From positions 1-51,554 of the forward strand of contig QHVC01000116.1 in assembly GCA_003222205.1 (NCBI GenBank): a DNA stretch of 51,554 nucleotides, given 5' to 3'. Under the pieces are notes generated by a model. The model did no database searches and was not told where the DNA came from. It worked only from the letters and a program-made list of their open reading frames with translations. The position numbers were made by a program, and so were the translations under genes. Shown piece after piece: positions 33,433-44,249 of this stretch (the stretch's first letter is position 1; each line of letters starts with the position of its first letter). Origin of the DNA: Gemmatimonadota bacterium (GTDB lineage Bacteria > Gemmatimonadota > Gemmatimonadetes > Gemmatimonadales > GWC2-71-9).

Positions 33433-34331
33433 CGCAACCCGACGCGGTGCGTCGCGCCCCCCAACAGGTCGAACGCCTGATAGGCGTAATCGAGATGCAC
33501 GTGGCCCAGCTCTACGCCGCCCCCCAGCGAGAATCGCGACGCGTCGCTCGTGGGCGAGCGCGTCGCGTATCCCACCCGCCCCACCAGCCCGACGCCGCCG
33601 GCCACAATCCCTCCTTCCACGCCCTGCACGAGGACCGCCTTCCGCCCACTGGGCCACTGCGCCTCGAGCGTGGACAATAGCCGGAAGGTGCTCTGCGGGT
33701 CCACGTAGTTCATCGTGATCGCGACCCGAGTGCGGCGCGGCAGGCGCGTGCCGCCGCCGAAATCGCCCCCGAGGTTCTGGACGCTCGCCCCCAGCGCGAA
33801 GATGTCGAACACCGCCACGGCGACCCCAAGATCGCCGGCCCAGGCGTCCGCCGCGTAGCCGCCAATCTGCTGCCGCGCGTACTTGGCCGATACCCCCGTG
33901 GCGATCAGCCCGCGGCGGTACACCAGCGACGCGACGCCGAGCAGGTCGGCGGCGGTGAAGGTGGCGCCGGTGGGGACGCCGCGGCGGCCGCCGGTGCTCG
34001 AGTCGGGGACGATGACGGGCTCGCTGCCGTAGTCCAGGGCCTGCGCGCCGGCGCCCCACGTAAACCGGCCGAGGCGCATTCCGAAGGCGGCGGTGGTGAC
34101 ACTCGTGCCGGCGAGGTACGGCTCGTAGGATCCTTCGAGAGCGAGGTGACGGATGGGCGCGAGGCCCGCGGGATTGGCGAACAGCGCCCCCGCGTCGCCG
34201 ACCAGCGCGGCCCCGGCGCCGCCCAGGCCGGCCGAGCGCGTGGAGCCGGGAAGCGCGGCGAGCGGACTCCCCTCCGACTGCGCCGTGAGCGGCGCTGCCA
34301 GGAGGAACAGCCCGACCACCCCGGGCCGCAT
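33420..34331 (-). CDS. PorV/PorQ-family-like outer-membrane beta-barrel
   Basis: ATG at 34331 (MRPGVVGLFLLAAPLTAQS). STRSAGLGGAGAALVGDAGALFANPAGLA matches the G-x-G...NPAGL signature I associate with PorV/PorQ/UPF0164 barrels. Gly/Tyr-rich strands end in ...HRVGLRWTP. Confidence 0.55.
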   Translation of the reverse strand: MRPGVVGLFLLAAPLTAQSEGSPLAALPGSTRSAGLGGAGAALVGDAGALFANPAGLAPIRHLALEGSYEPYLAGTSVTTAAFGMRLGRFTWGAGAQALDYGSEPVIVPDSSTGGRRGVPTGATFTAADLLGVASLVYRRGLIATGVSAKYARQQIGGYAADAWAGDLGVAVAVFDIFALGASVQNLGGDFGGGTRLPRRTRVAITMNYVDPQSTFRLLSTLEAQWPSGRKAVLVQGVEGGIVAGGVGLVGRVGYATRSPTSDASRFSLGGGVELGHVHLDYAYQAFDLLGGATHRVGLRWTP

Positions 34332-34333
34332 GC

Positions 34334-35983
34334 TCAGCGGATCCGGATGATCGTCAGGCGCGGCACGATGCTCGCGGGCAGATAGTTTGCTCCGCCGTCC
34401 CCGAACTGCAGCTGGAACCCGGAGGCCAGCGGCCCCTGCAGAGCGCGGTGATACGCGCCGGACCCCGCGTACAAGACCCCGGTCACGTCCGTGAGGTTCC
34501 CGGCGCTGACCGTCGGCACGAGCGGGTATGGCTTGGGGAATCGGAACGGATCGCTGCTGTTCAGCGCGGCGTACGTGGCGCGGAAGTTCCACGACGAGTA
34601 CTTGAGCGTCGGCGCCGCCGTGAATCCCGGGACCGCAAGGTCCGAGACCCAGTTCGCGAGGGCCCAGCGCGCGAGCAGCGTATCGAACCCCACGCCGGTT
34701 TGCGTCGTGACGTTGTCCGCGCCGGTCTTGCTTGTCTGGTTGAGCTTCAACGGCAGCGAATCCCCGAACTGGTCCACGAGGTACCTCACGAACAGCCAGC
34801 TGGCCCCGATCTCGGCGAGCGTGCCCTGATCCAATTCGATCAGCAGGGGCGAGTTGCCGGGCGCGCTCAAGTACTGATAGGCATCGTATCGGTCTTCCTT
34901 CACGTACCGGACGAACGTCACCGAGTCCCCCGGAAGGTAGCTGCGGCCGATGAGCTCCTCGGCGTATTTCGACAGGCCCTCGGTGAGCCATCCTTCCTCG
35001 GACTGCCCCGGCCGGAACAGCACGTGCTCCGCGAAGCTGATCATGTGCTGGAACTCATGCGTGAACGTGATCGGCACGTCCTGCTTCGCGGCCGTACGCG
35101 AGTGGATGCAGCTCAGCACCCCCGCCGAGTCCGCGACGATGGAGTAAAAGATCTCGCCGTGGTTCACCCGGTTGTCGCGCGCGAACCGCGGGTCGAGATC
35201 GGCGCCGAGAAAGAATCCGGCGATGTAACCCCCGCCGCACACGTTTTTCGGAGTCAGTTGGTTGACCACGTTGGTCATCAGCACGATCACGACGGTGTTG
35301 TTGTCGATGTCCGACACGTTGCCGAACGCCGCCGTATCCAGGGGATAGATGCGCGAATTGAACAGGTCCGTCAGTGTGTCCAGATCCGCCTGATTCAAGC
35401 CGTTGGCCGGAGCGAGGTTGTCGACATACAACGCCATGTGCCCGCGCACCACCTTCGCCGTCGCGTTCACGGTTTTGAACGTGGAGCAATCGATCTTGGA
35501 GCACACGCTGAAGGCCCGGACGTCCCCTGTTGGCGGCGGCCCGGTCAGGGTGAGGGCCGGCAGTGCGGCCGGCGGAGGCGCTTCCTGCGGGGCGAAGCCG
35601 TACCAATGCAGGCGCTCGCCCCGCCGCAGGAACGCATGGAACTGTTGGGCGACGGACAGGGCCGGGGGAGAGAGCGACGCCACGAGCGCCGCGGCCGGGG
35701 GATGGATTGTGTCGCCCAGCAGCTGGAAACTCGAGCTCACCCCGAACGTACCGGCCGCGGATTGCGGCACCAGGAGGTACTCGACCGAGTCGATCGCGGA
35801 CGCGTTGGCGGGAAAGATGATGCACCCCGAATCGCGAATCGGATCCACCGAGACGAACGAGTCGACGGCCAGGGCCACCTGGAAGCCGCGACCCGCCGCG
35901 CACACGGGCAACGGGACCGGCCGCGGCGCCATCGGGTGGTCGCTACACGCCGCCAGCAGCAGCGACGACGCCCCCACCCACAT
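34334..35983 (-). CDS. HExxH zinc-metallopeptidase lipoprotein (M30 hyicolysin-like, tentative)
   Basis: MWVGASSLLLAACSD has a lipobox. The single zinc motif ITFTHEFQHMISFAEH is followed by GWLTEGLSKYAEEL. The M30 assignment is from memory of the HEFQHMI signature only. Confidence 0.6.
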   Translation of the reverse strand: MWVGASSLLLAACSDHPMAPRPVPLPVCAAGRGFQVALAVDSFVSVDPIRDSGCIIFPANASAIDSVEYLLVPQSAAGTFGVSSSFQLLGDTIHPPAAALVASLSPPALSVAQQFHAFLRRGERLHWYGFAPQEAPPPAALPALTLTGPPPTGDVRAFSVCSKIDCSTFKTVNATAKVVRGHMALYVDNLAPANGLNQADLDTLTDLFNSRIYPLDTAAFGNVSDIDNNTVVIVLMTNVVNQLTPKNVCGGGYIAGFFLGADLDPRFARDNRVNHGEIFYSIVADSAGVLSCIHSRTAAKQDVPITFTHEFQHMISFAEHVLFRPGQSEEGWLTEGLSKYAEELIGRSYLPGDSVTFVRYVKEDRYDAYQYLSAPGNSPLLIELDQGTLAEIGASWLFVRYLVDQFGDSLPLKLNQTSKTGADNVTTQTGVGFDTLLARWALANWVSDLAVPGFTAAPTLKYSSWNFRATYAALNSSDPFRFPKPYPLVPTVSAGNLTDVTGVLYAGSGAYHRALQGPLASGFQLQFGDGGANYLPASIVPRLTIIRIR

Positions 35984-37274
35984 CAGGGCTGTTCGCAGAT
36001 CGTGCTCCTTCCTTTAGTTCACCCGCCCGCGCCAGCGCCAGCCGCGCGCACACGGGACCCACCAGCTCGTGTACCCCAATCATCGCGACGATCAGCGCCT
36101 CGAGCGAGACTTTCCACTCGGGGAACGCTCCGCGGGCGGCGGCGGCCAGGCTCAGCGCGATGCCCCCCTGAGAGATAAGCCCCAACCACCCCTCGCGAGC
36201 TAGGGCGGGCGTCACACTCCCCGCCCAGCGCAGGCCGTAGCGGAGGCCCCACACCCGCAGCCCGACCAGCAACACGATCCACCACAGCCAGTCCTGCAGC
36301 GCTCCAATCTGTAACCCGGCGCCCAGGAGCACGAAAAACACCAGATACACCGGGAGCGCGTGTTGGCGCAGACGCTGCACGAGATCGTCGCCCTCGACCC
36401 GAAATACGTTCGCCACGACGATGCCGCCCGTGACCGCGATCAGCAGTGTTTCGAAGTCGAGGAGCCAGGCGATCTGGGTAGCCAGGAACGCCAGCGCGAC
36501 AAGAGCGACCAACGTCCAGCGTCGCGCGAGGTGCAGGTAGCGTGCCACCCCCACCCCGAGCAGGGCGCCGGCGGCGGCCGAGCCGCCGAGGCGCCCCAGC
36601 AGCGCCCACCCCACGCCGACGTTCACCGTGCCCGGGGAGGCGACCGTGCGCCCCACGACGAGGACCAGGCTGAACAGCACGATCACGGCGACGTCCTTGG
36701 CGACCGTCACGGACAGCAGCGCGCGGGCGAACGGCCCGCGGGCGTCGTGCTCCTCGATCATCGCCATCGTGAGCGTGGGGGAGGACGCTGCGGCCAAGGT
36801 CCCCAGCGCGAGCGCGACGGGGATGGCGTCGCGGAACGGCTGGTGCACGGTGATGGGGAACCACGGGCTGACGCTGAGGGTCACGAGCGTGACGAGGACG
36901 AACGGCACGACGATGGAGCCGGCGGTGGCTCGGAGCAGCGGGACCGCGTCCCGGCGCAGAGTGTCGAGCCGCAGCTCCGTGCCGACCGTGAACGCGATCA
37001 GCGCCGCCGCCGCGTCGGCGATGAACCCGAGCGAGCGCACCTCGTCCGCGCGCACGAGCCCGAGCCACGGCGGTCCGACGCAAAACCCGGCGAGCAGGTA
37101 CGCGGTGACGCGCGGCAGCCGCGCCCGCGCCGCGAGGCCCCCCGCGAGGTGCGCGACGAGCACGAGGAAGCCGAGCGCCAGCGTCGCGCGCGCTTCGAGC
37201 AGGCCACCGGCGGTGAGCCGGTGGACCAGGGCCATGATCAGGCCGAGCGCGACGAAGCTTCTGACCCAGCGCAT
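35943..37274 (-). CDS. cation:proton antiporter (CPA family)
   Basis: ATG at 37274 (MRWVRSFVALGLIMALV...). About 12 hydrophobic helices. Only this part of the 1625-aa track ORF 35943..40820 is credible. The 3' end overlaps the next gene's start by 41 nt. Confidence 0.8.
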   Translation of the reverse strand: MRWVRSFVALGLIMALVHRLTAGGLLEARATLALGFLVLVAHLAGGLAARARLPRVTAYLLAGFCVGPPWLGLVRADEVRSLGFIADAAAALIAFTVGTELRLDTLRRDAVPLLRATAGSIVVPFVLVTLVTLSVSPWFPITVHQPFRDAIPVALALGTLAAASSPTLTMAMIEEHDARGPFARALLSVTVAKDVAVIVLFSLVLVVGRTVASPGTVNVGVGWALLGRLGGSAAAGALLGVGVARYLHLARRWTLVALVALAFLATQIAWLLDFETLLIAVTGGIVVANVFRVEGDDLVQRLRQHALPVYLVFFVLLGAGLQIGALQDWLWWIVLLVGLRVWGLRYGLRWAGSVTPALAREGWLGLISQGGIALSLAAAARGAFPEWKVSLEALIVAMIGVHELVGPVCARLALARAGELKEGARSANSPDVGGGVVAAAGGV

Positions 37275-37304
37275 GGGGCAAGAATCTCGATGCGCGAAGG
37301 GCTT

Positions 37305-37333
37305 TTGACAACGCGGCGACGCGCCGGTAATCT
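37305..37333 (+). promoter_or_regulatory. sigma70-type promoter TTGACA-N17-TAATCT for dnaE
   Basis: TTGACA at 37305-37310, a 17-nt spacer, then TAATCT at 37328-37333. The dnaE ATG (37341) begins 8 nt after the -10 hexamer, and the 7 intervening nt (tgcaacg) contain no Shine-Dalgarno sequence. Confidence 0.5.
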
Positions 37334-37340
37334 TGCAACG

Positions 37341-40300
37341 ATGGCGTTCGCGCATCTCCACACCCACAGCGAGTTCTCCCTCCTCGACGGCGCCAACCGG
37401 ATCCCCGACCTGCTCGCCCGGGTCCAGGCGCTGGGGATGGACTCGCTCGCCATCACCGATCACGGCAACCTCCACTGCGCCTGGAGCTTTTACGAGGAAG
37501 CCAAAGCGCGGAGCATCCGGCCGATCCTGGGCTTCGAGGCCTACCTGGCGTTCGGCAGCCGCCACGCCCGCGAGAAGCCCGCCGACGCGCCGGGCATCTA
37601 CTCCCACCTGGTGCTCCTCGCCACCAACCGCACCGGGTACCAGAACCTGATCAAGCTGTCGTCCATCGGGTTCCTCGAGGGCTTTTACCGGCGGCCGCGT
37701 ATCGACCGGGAGGTGCTCGAGCGGCATCGCGAGGGTCTCGCCTGTCTGGCCGCCTGCCTCTCCGGGGAGATCGCCCTGTACCTGCGGCAGGGCAATTACG
37801 AAGCGGCGGCGGCGAGCGCCCGCTGGTTCGCCACGACGTTTCCCGGCGCGTTCTGGCTGGAGGTGCAGGACCACGGCATCCCCGAGGAGCAGGTCGTGCG
37901 CGACGGGATGTACCGGCTCGCCGCGGACCTGGGACTCCCGGTGGTGGCGACGAACGACGCGCACTATCTGATGCGGGAGGACGCCGAAGCCCACGACGTG
38001 CTGCTGGCCATCGGCACCGGCAAGGACCTGGACGACCCCAAGCGGTTCCGGTTCGCCGGGCAGGAGAGCTACGTCAAGTCGGAAAAGGAAATGCGGGCGC
38101 TGTTCAAGGACCATCCCGAGGTCGTGGCGGAGACCGCCCACGTCGCCGAGCGCTGCGAGTTCGATTTCGAGAAGCGCTACTTCCTGCCCCAGTACCCGCG
38201 CCCGCCCGAGTTCGCGAGCGACAGCGATCTGCTCGTCCACCTCGCCCGCCTCGGCGCGCGGGAGCGGTTCGGCGATCCCCTGCCCCCCGAAGTGACGCAG
38301 CGCCTCGACTACGAGCTGGACGTCATCAACCGCACCGGCTACGCCGGCTACTTCCTCATCGTCTACGACCTGGTCAAGGCGGCCCGGGACCGCGGCATTC
38401 CGGTAGGGCCGGGGCGCGGCTCGGCGGCGGGGTCGCTCGTCGCCTACGCGTTGGGCATCACGAAGATCGACCCGCTGCGCTTCGACCTGCTGTTCGAGCG
38501 GTTCCTGAATCCCGAGCGCATCTCGATGCCCGACATCGACCTCGACTTTTGCTTCGAGCGGCGGGGCGAGGTGATCGAGTACGCGCGCGGGCGCTACGGC
38601 CGGGAATCGGTCGGCCAGATCATCACGTTCGGGACGCTCAAGGCGCGCGCCGCCTTCCGCGACGTGGCCCGCACCCTGCGGGTCGAGATGGGCGAGGTGG
38701 ACCGGCTCACCAAGCTCATCCCCTCGGGCCCCGCGGTCGCGTGGAGTCTCACCGAGGCCCGGGAGAAGGTGCCCGAGCTCAAGGCCGCCGCCCACCAGGA
38801 CGAGCGGGTCCGCAAGGTGCTCGAGCTGGGCAGCCGCATCGAGGGGCTGGCGCGGCACGCGTCCGTGCACGCGGCCGGGGTGGTGATCGCCCCGGGCCCG
38901 CTCGCCGACTACATCCCCGTCTGCCTCGACGCCAAGGACCCGAACGCGATCATCACGCAATACGACATGGTGGCGCTCGAGAAGGTCGGGATGTTGAAGA
39001 TCGACCTCCTCGGCTTGAAAACGCTCACGGTGCTGCACGACGCGACGCAGATGGTCGAGCAGCGCCACGGCGCGCGGGTGGACATCGACCGGCTCGACCT
39101 CGAAGACCCCGACGTCTACGCCCTGCTGCGGTCGGGCCGGACGGCGGGCGTGTTCCAGTTCGAGTCGCCGCTCGCCACCGACTGCCTGCGCAACATGCGC
39201 TGCGACCGTTTCGACGACCTGGTCGCCGCCAACGCCCTGCTCCGCCCCGGGCCCCTCGACACGGGCATGCACCTCGTCTTTATCAACCGCAAGCTGGGCC
39301 GCGACCGCGTCAGCTACCCGCACCCCGCGCTCGAGGAGGTGCTCCGGCCCACGTACGGCGTCATCACCTACCAGGAGCAGGTGATGCGGATCGCGAACCT
39401 CTTGGCGGGATACTCGCTCGCCGAAGCGGACGTGCTCCGCAAGGCCGTGGGCAAGAAGATCAAGGAGCTGATCCAGGAGGACCTGGAGCGGTTTGTGGAG
39501 CGCGCGGTGGCGCGGGGCCACGACCGCCGCGTCATCGAGGACATCGCCGCCCAGATCGAGACGTTCGGCCGCTACGGCTTCAACAAGTCGCACGCCGTGG
39601 CCTACTCGGTCCTCTCCTATCAGACGGCGTGGTTCAAGGCCCACTACCCCGCCGAGTTCATGGCGGCGCTGCTGTCGTCGGAGATCGGCAACAGCGACAA
39701 AGTCGTCGAGTACATCAACGAGGCGCGCGAGCTGGGGCTCGACGTGCTGCCCCCCGATGTGAACGAGTCGGGCTTCAAGTTCACCGTCGTGGGCGATGCC
39801 CGCATCCGCTTTGGACTGGGTGGCATCAAGAACGTGGGCGAGGGCGCGATCCAGTCGATCCTCGCGGGGCGCGACGCCGCGGGCCCCTACCGCTCGCTCG
39901 TGGACTTGTGCGACCGCGTGGACCTGCGGCTCTGTAACAAGCGCGTGTTCGAGTCGCTGATCGACGCCGGCGCGTGCGATTCGCTGGGGGGCCACCGCGC
40001 GGCGCTCGTCGCGGCGCTCGACGCGGCATTCGGCGAGGCCCAGGCCCGCCAGACCGAGCGCGACGCCGGCCAAGTCGGGCTGTTCGGCGAGGACACCCCC
40101 GTCCCGCATCCCTCCTCCCCCACCCCCGATGTCACGCCGTGGACCGAGCACGAGCGGCTGCAGCGCGAAAAAGCGGTGCTCGGCTTCTTTATTTCCGGCC
40201 ACCCCCTCGCCAAGTACCGGACGGAGGTGGAGCTTTTTGGAACCCGGACGACAGCCACCCTGGGGCAGTGGAGCGACCAGAAGGTCACGATCGCGGCCAT

Positions 40301-40811
40301 CGTCACCGTGGTGAAGCGCCAGATCTCGAAAAAGACCGGATCGGAATACGCGCGCCTCGTGCTGGAGGACTTCCACGGCACGGCGGAGGCGCTGGTATTC
40401 CCGGAATCGTGGGCGCGGCTCAACGGGGCCATCCGGCCCGATCAGGCGCTGTTGCTCACGGGCGGCTTCAGCGCCCGCGACCGGGGAGAAGAGCAGGCGC
40501 CGTTCATCGTCGAAGCCGTCCGGCTGCTCGACGAGCTGCGAGAGAGCGGCGCCATCGCCGTCGAGCTGCGCTGGTCGGCGGCCGACCCGCCCGATCCCGA
40601 GGCGACCCGCGCGGTCGCCGCCCTGTGCGCCGCTCACCCGGGCCCCGCCCCCGTGCACGTGCGCTGGGCGGACGGCGGCGGCAACGGCGGCGGGGCCCGC
40701 CTGCGCAGCCGGTCGGTGCGCGTGGATCCCTGCGAGGAGCTGCTGGCCGCGCTGCGCGGCGTCCTGGGCGAGGGCCGCGTAGCGCTGGAACGCGCCGAGA
40801 AAGCGAGCTGA
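37341..40811 (+). CDS. dnaE: DNA polymerase III alpha subunit
   Basis: PHP domain [18 protein letters not shown]...LAITDHGNL. Polymerase core ...[23 protein letters not shown]...[13 protein letters not shown]-fold C-terminus. Confidence 0.97.
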   Translation: MAFAHLHTHSEFSLLDGANRIPDLLARVQALGMDSLAITDHGNLHCAWSFYEEAKARSIRPILGFEAYLAFGSRHAREKPADAPGIYSHLVLLATNRTGYQNLIKLSSIGFLEGFYRRPRIDREVLERHREGLACLAACLSGEIALYLRQGNYEAAAASARWFATTFPGAFWLEVQDHGIPEEQVVRDGMYRLAADLGLPVVATNDAHYLMREDAEAHDVLLAIGTGKDLDDPKRFRFAGQESYVKSEKEMRALFKDHPEVVAETAHVAERCEFDFEKRYFLPQYPRPPEFASDSDLLVHLARLGARERFGDPLPPEVTQRLDYELDVINRTGYAGYFLIVYDLVKAARDRGIPVGPGRGSAAGSLVAYALGITKIDPLRFDLLFERFLNPERISMPDIDLDFCFERRGEVIEYARGRYGRESVGQIITFGTLKARAAFRDVARTLRVEMGEVDRLTKLIPSGPAVAWSLTEAREKVPELKAAAHQDERVRKVLELGSRIEGLARHASVHAAGVVIAPGPLADYIPVCLDAKDPNAIITQYDMVALEKVGMLKIDLLGLKTLTVLHDATQMVEQRHGARVDIDRLDLEDPDVYALLRSGRTAGVFQFESPLATDCLRNMRCDRFDDLVAANALLRPGPLDTGMHLVFINRKLGRDRVSYPHPALEEVLRPTYGVITYQEQVMRIANLLAGYSLAEADVLRKAVGKKIKELIQEDLERFVERAVARGHDRRVIEDIAAQIETFGRYGFNKSHAVAYSVLSYQTAWFKAHYPAEFMAALLSSEIGNSDKVVEYINEARELGLDVLPPDVNESGFKFTVVGDARIRFGLGGIKNVGEGAIQSILAGRDAAGPYRSLVDLCDRVDLRLCNKRVFESLIDAGACDSLGGHRAALVAALDAAFGEAQARQTERDAGQVGLFGEDTPVPHPSSPTPDVTPWTEHERLQREKAVLGFFISGHPLAKYRTEVELFGTRTTATLGQWSDQKVTIAAIVTVVKRQISKKTGSEYARLVLEDFHGTAEALVFPESWARLNGAIRPDQALLLTGGFSARDRGEEQAPFIVEAVRLLDELRESGAIAVELRWSAADPPDPEATRAVAALCAAHPGPAPVHVRWADGGGNGGGARLRSRSVRVDPCEELLAALRGVLGEGRVALERAEKAS

Positions 40812-40812
40812 A

Positions 40813-41760
40813 ATGCCCACCTACTCGCTCGACTTCGAGCGCCCCCTGCTCGAGATCGAGCGCCAGATCGAGGAGCTCAAGAAGCTCGGCGGCGACCACG
40901 GCGACGAGCTGGCCGCGCTCGAGCGGCAGCTCGCCGCGCTCCGCGCCGACGTCTACAAGACCTTGACGCCGATGCAGCGCGTCCAGGTCGCGCGGCACCC
41001 CAAGCGCCCCTACACCCTGGACTACCTGCGCACGGTGTTCACCGACTTCGTGGAGCTGCACGGGGACCGCCTCTTCCGGGACGACCCCGCGCTCGTGGCC
41101 GGCTGGGCGCGGCTCGACGGCCAGACGGTGATGGTGATCGGGCACCAGAAAGGCCGCGATACGAAAGAGAACCTGCGGCGCAACTTCGCCATGGCCCACC
41201 CCGAGGGCTACCGCAAGGCGCTGCGCCTGATGCAGCTCGCCGAGAAGTTCCACGCGCCCGTGATCACGCTCGTGGACACGCCTGGCGCCTATCCCGGGCT
41301 CGGCGCCGAGGAGCGGGGTCAGGCGGAAGCGATCGCCCGGAACCTCCTGGCGATGGCGTCGCTGCGCACGCCGATCATCACCGCCGTCATCGGCGAAGGC
41401 GGATCGGGGGGCGCGCTCGCCATCGGGGTCGCGGACCGCGTCGTGATGTTCGAGAATTCGGTGTACTCGGTGATCTCCCCCGAAGGCTGCGCGGCGATCC
41501 TCTGGAAGGACGCCGGCCAGAAGGAGCGGGCCGCCGAAGCCCTCAAGCTCACCGCCACCGACCTCCTGGACCTCGGCGTGATCGATGAGATCATCTCCGA
41601 GCCCCCCGGCGGGGCCCACTCCGACCCCGACGCCGCCGCCCAGGCTCTGGGCGAGTCGCTGCGGCGCCACCTGCGCCAGCTCGCGCGCGTGCGCATCGAA
41701 AAGCTCCTCAAGCGACGCGAAGAGAAGTACCTTTCGATGGGTGCCTTCATCGAGAAGTGA
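40813..41760 (+). CDS. accA: acetyl-CoA carboxylase carboxyltransferase alpha subunit
   Basis: [17 protein letters not shown]...[12 protein letters not shown]...[31 protein letters not shown]...[21 protein letters not shown]. It starts 1 nt after the dnaE stop. Confidence 0.95.
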   Translation: MPTYSLDFERPLLEIERQIEELKKLGGDHGDELAALERQLAALRADVYKTLTPMQRVQVARHPKRPYTLDYLRTVFTDFVELHGDRLFRDDPALVAGWARLDGQTVMVIGHQKGRDTKENLRRNFAMAHPEGYRKALRLMQLAEKFHAPVITLVDTPGAYPGLGAEERGQAEAIARNLLAMASLRTPIITAVIGEGGSGGALAIGVADRVVMFENSVYSVISPEGCAAILWKDAGQKERAAEALKLTATDLLDLGVIDEIISEPPGGAHSDPDAAAQALGESLRRHLRQLARVRIEKLLKRREEKYLSMGAFIEK

Positions 41761-41761
41761 G

Positions 41762-42619
41762 TTGACCTCCGTCGTCGAAGTGCGGTTCAAGGGAAACCGG
41801 CTGGAGTACTTCACGTGGCCGGCCGCGGAGCCACTGGCCCCCGACGATGCGGTGATCGTCGAGGTCGAGCGGGGCCAGGATCTGGGCCGCGTCTCCGCCC
41901 TGGGCGAGTCCGCCCTGAAGAAGTGCGGGCGCGGCTGTCACGGCTGCACCCTCCAGGAGGCCGTGGAGACCCGAGCGACCCGCCGCATCGTGCGCCGCGC
42001 CGCCCCGGGCGACGTGGCCGTCGCCGACCAGCTGCGCGAACAGGAGCACGACGTCCGCCGCACGGTGCGGGAGCGGGTGCGCGAGCACGCCCTCCCGATG
42101 AAGGTGACGGACGCCGAGTGGCAGTGGGACCGCCACAAGCTCACCATCTACTTCACGGCCGAGCAGCGGGTGGACTTCCGCGCCCTGGTCCGCGACCTCG
42201 CGGGCCTGTTCCGGACGCGGATCGAGCTGCGCCAGATCGGTGCGCGGGACGAGGCGCGGCGGCTGTCGGGCGTCGGGCGCTGCGGGCGGGAGTACTGCAG
42301 CGCGAGCTGGCTGCCGGAGCTGCGCCCCGTGAATCTGTCGGTCGCCAAGGATCAGCACCTGTCGCTCAACCCCGCCCAGATCTCGGGCCCGTGCGGGCGG
42401 CTGCTGTGCTGCCTCCATTACGAGCACGACTTCTACGTCGAGAGCCGCAAGCGCTTCCCCAAGGAGGGGAAGGTGCTGCGCACCACCGGGGGGGCGGGCC
42501 CGGAGAAGGTGCTGGCGGTGGACATCTTCCGCGAGCGGGTGACGCTGCGCAACGAGGAAGGCGCGACCCGGGTCGTGCCGCTCGCCCAGCTCCAGGAGGA
42601 ATCGGGCGGGCGTGCCTAA
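41762..42619 (+). CDS. PSP1 domain protein (YaaT/RicT-like)
   Basis: TTG at 41762 gives (M)TSVVEVRFKGNRLEYF. PSP1 core KLTIYFTAEQRVDFRALVRDLAGLFRTRIELRQIG. Cys cluster GRCGREYCSASW...GPCGRLLCCLHYE. Confidence 0.8.
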   Translation: MTSVVEVRFKGNRLEYFTWPAAEPLAPDDAVIVEVERGQDLGRVSALGESALKKCGRGCHGCTLQEAVETRATRRIVRRAAPGDVAVADQLREQEHDVRRTVRERVREHALPMKVTDAEWQWDRHKLTIYFTAEQRVDFRALVRDLAGLFRTRIELRQIGARDEARRLSGVGRCGREYCSASWLPELRPVNLSVAKDQHLSLNPAQISGPCGRLLCCLHYEHDFYVESRKRFPKEGKVLRTTGGAGPEKVLAVDIFRERVTLRNEEGATRVVPLAQLQEESGGRA

Positions 42620-44156
42620 GTTCTACCTCACGACGGCCATCGATTACTCGAACGGCGACCCGCACCTGGGGCACGCGCTCGAGAAGATCGGCGCCGACTG
42701 CATCGCGCGCTACCGCCGGCTCCGCGGCGACACCGTGCATTTCCTCATGGGGATGGACGAGCACAGCCAGTCGGTCATCCAGGCGGCGGCGCGGGCCCGT
42801 GTCACGCCGCAGGTCTGGGTCGACCGCATGGCCGACCTGTTCGCGGATTTCTGGCGACGCCTGCACTGCAGCCACGACGATTGGATCCGCACGACCGAGC
42901 CGCGCCACGTGCGCGGAGTGACGGCGCTGCTGCGGCGCATCCAGGAGCGCCGTCCCGACGACCTGTTCGTCGCCGACTATGAGGGGCTGTACTGCACGGG
43001 GTGCGAGGAGTTCAAGTCCGGCGCGCAGATCGTCAACGGCCATTGCGTCGAGCATCCGACGCTCGAGCTGGTGCCGACCAAGGAACGCAACCATTTTTTC
43101 CGGCTCAGCGCCTACCGCGACCGCGTGCTGGCGCTGATCACCGGCGGCCAGCTCGCCGTCGATCCGGCGATCCGCCGCAACGAAGTGCTGCGTCTCCTCG
43201 AGGGCGGCCTCCAGGACATTTCGATCTCGCGGGTGCGGCTGCCGTGGGGCATCCCCTTCCCCGATGACGAGCAGCAGACGGTGTACGTGTGGTTCGACGC
43301 GCTCATCAACTATCTCTCGGCCACCACCTTCCCCGACACCGGGTACGAGCGGTTGTGGCCCGCGGATCTGCACGTCATCGGCAAGGGGATCACTCGCTTC
43401 CATTGCGTCATCTGGCCGGCGATGCTGCTCGCCGCGGATCTCCCGCTGCCGCGCCGCGTCTGGGCGCACGGCTACGTGCAGCTCGCCGGCGCCAAGATGT
43501 CCAAGACGGCGGGGACGTCGGTGACGTTGACCGAGGCGATCGACCGCTACGGCGCCGACGCGCTGCGCTACTTTCTGCTGCGCGAGATCGGCTTCGAAAA
43601 CGACGGCGACTTCAGCTGGGAGCGCTTCGAAGCCCGTTACACCGCGGACCTCGCGGACACGCTCGGCAACCTGATCTCGCGCGCCCTCTCCATGGTGGAC
43701 CGCTACCGTGGGGGCGTGGTGCCGCGCGACCCCACGGGCTTCGCCACCCCGCTCGAGACCGACGCGCGCGCCGCCATCGCGCGCTACGCGCGCGCGATGG
43801 ACGCGCTCGCGCTCGCCGACGGCGCCGCGGCCATGATGGACCTCGCGACGCGCGCCAATCGCTACGTCGGCGACACCGCACCGTGGGCGCTGGCGAAGGC
43901 GGGACGCGACGCCGAACTCGACACGGCGCTCGCGAATCTGGTGCGCACCGTCGCGCGCCTCGCCGTCCTCGCTCGACCATTTCTGCCGGTGAAGGCCGAG
44001 GCGGTCTGGGCGCTGCTCGGGACCGGGCGTCCCCTCGATGCCGTGCGGCTGCCGGACCTCGAGACGCTGCCGGTCGAGGGGCTGCGGGTCCACAAGCCCC
44101 CGCCCTTGTTTCCCAAGGCCTCCGCGACGGTTAGCGAGCGGCCCGAGAGCGCGTGA
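42612..44156 (+). CDS. metG: methionine--tRNA ligase
   Basis: HIGH-type motif NGDPHLGHALEKI. Zn knuckle CTGCEEF...NGHCVEH. KMSKT motif AKMSKTAG. Confidence 0.95.
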   Translation: MPKFYLTTAIDYSNGDPHLGHALEKIGADCIARYRRLRGDTVHFLMGMDEHSQSVIQAAARARVTPQVWVDRMADLFADFWRRLHCSHDDWIRTTEPRHVRGVTALLRRIQERRPDDLFVADYEGLYCTGCEEFKSGAQIVNGHCVEHPTLELVPTKERNHFFRLSAYRDRVLALITGGQLAVDPAIRRNEVLRLLEGGLQDISISRVRLPWGIPFPDDEQQTVYVWFDALINYLSATTFPDTGYERLWPADLHVIGKGITRFHCVIWPAMLLAADLPLPRRVWAHGYVQLAGAKMSKTAGTSVTLTEAIDRYGADALRYFLLREIGFENDGDFSWERFEARYTADLADTLGNLISRALSMVDRYRGGVVPRDPTGFATPLETDARAAIARYARAMDALALADGAAAMMDLATRANRYVGDTAPWALAKAGRDAELDTALANLVRTVARLAVLARPFLPVKAEAVWALLGTGRPLDAVRLPDLETLPVEGLRVHKPPPLFPKASATVSERPESA

Positions 44157-44177
44157 CGTGGGTCACCCCCGCCCGTG

Positions 44178-44207
44178 TTGACAGCGGCGCGCGCTCGGGC
44201 CTACTTT
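44178..44207 (+). promoter_or_regulatory. candidate sigma70-type promoter TTGACA-N18-TACTTT upstream of the M23 peptidase gene
   Basis: Read directly at 44178-44183 and 44202-44207. GGAGA (44240-44244) lies 5 nt before the TTG start at 44250. Confidence 0.35.
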
Positions 44208-44249
44208 TGCACTCCCAACGCCTTACCCTAGCCCCTAGCGGAGACGGCA

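Noticed and set aside
37275-40820. Upper part of the 1625-aa minus-strand ORF 35943..40820
   Set aside because: It is exactly antisense to dnaE, which has unmistakable motifs. The predicted protein is Arg/Gly/Ala/Pro-rich low-complexity sequence with no motifs. Stop-free antisense frames are expected at this GC content. Only 35943-37274 (the antiporter) is credible.
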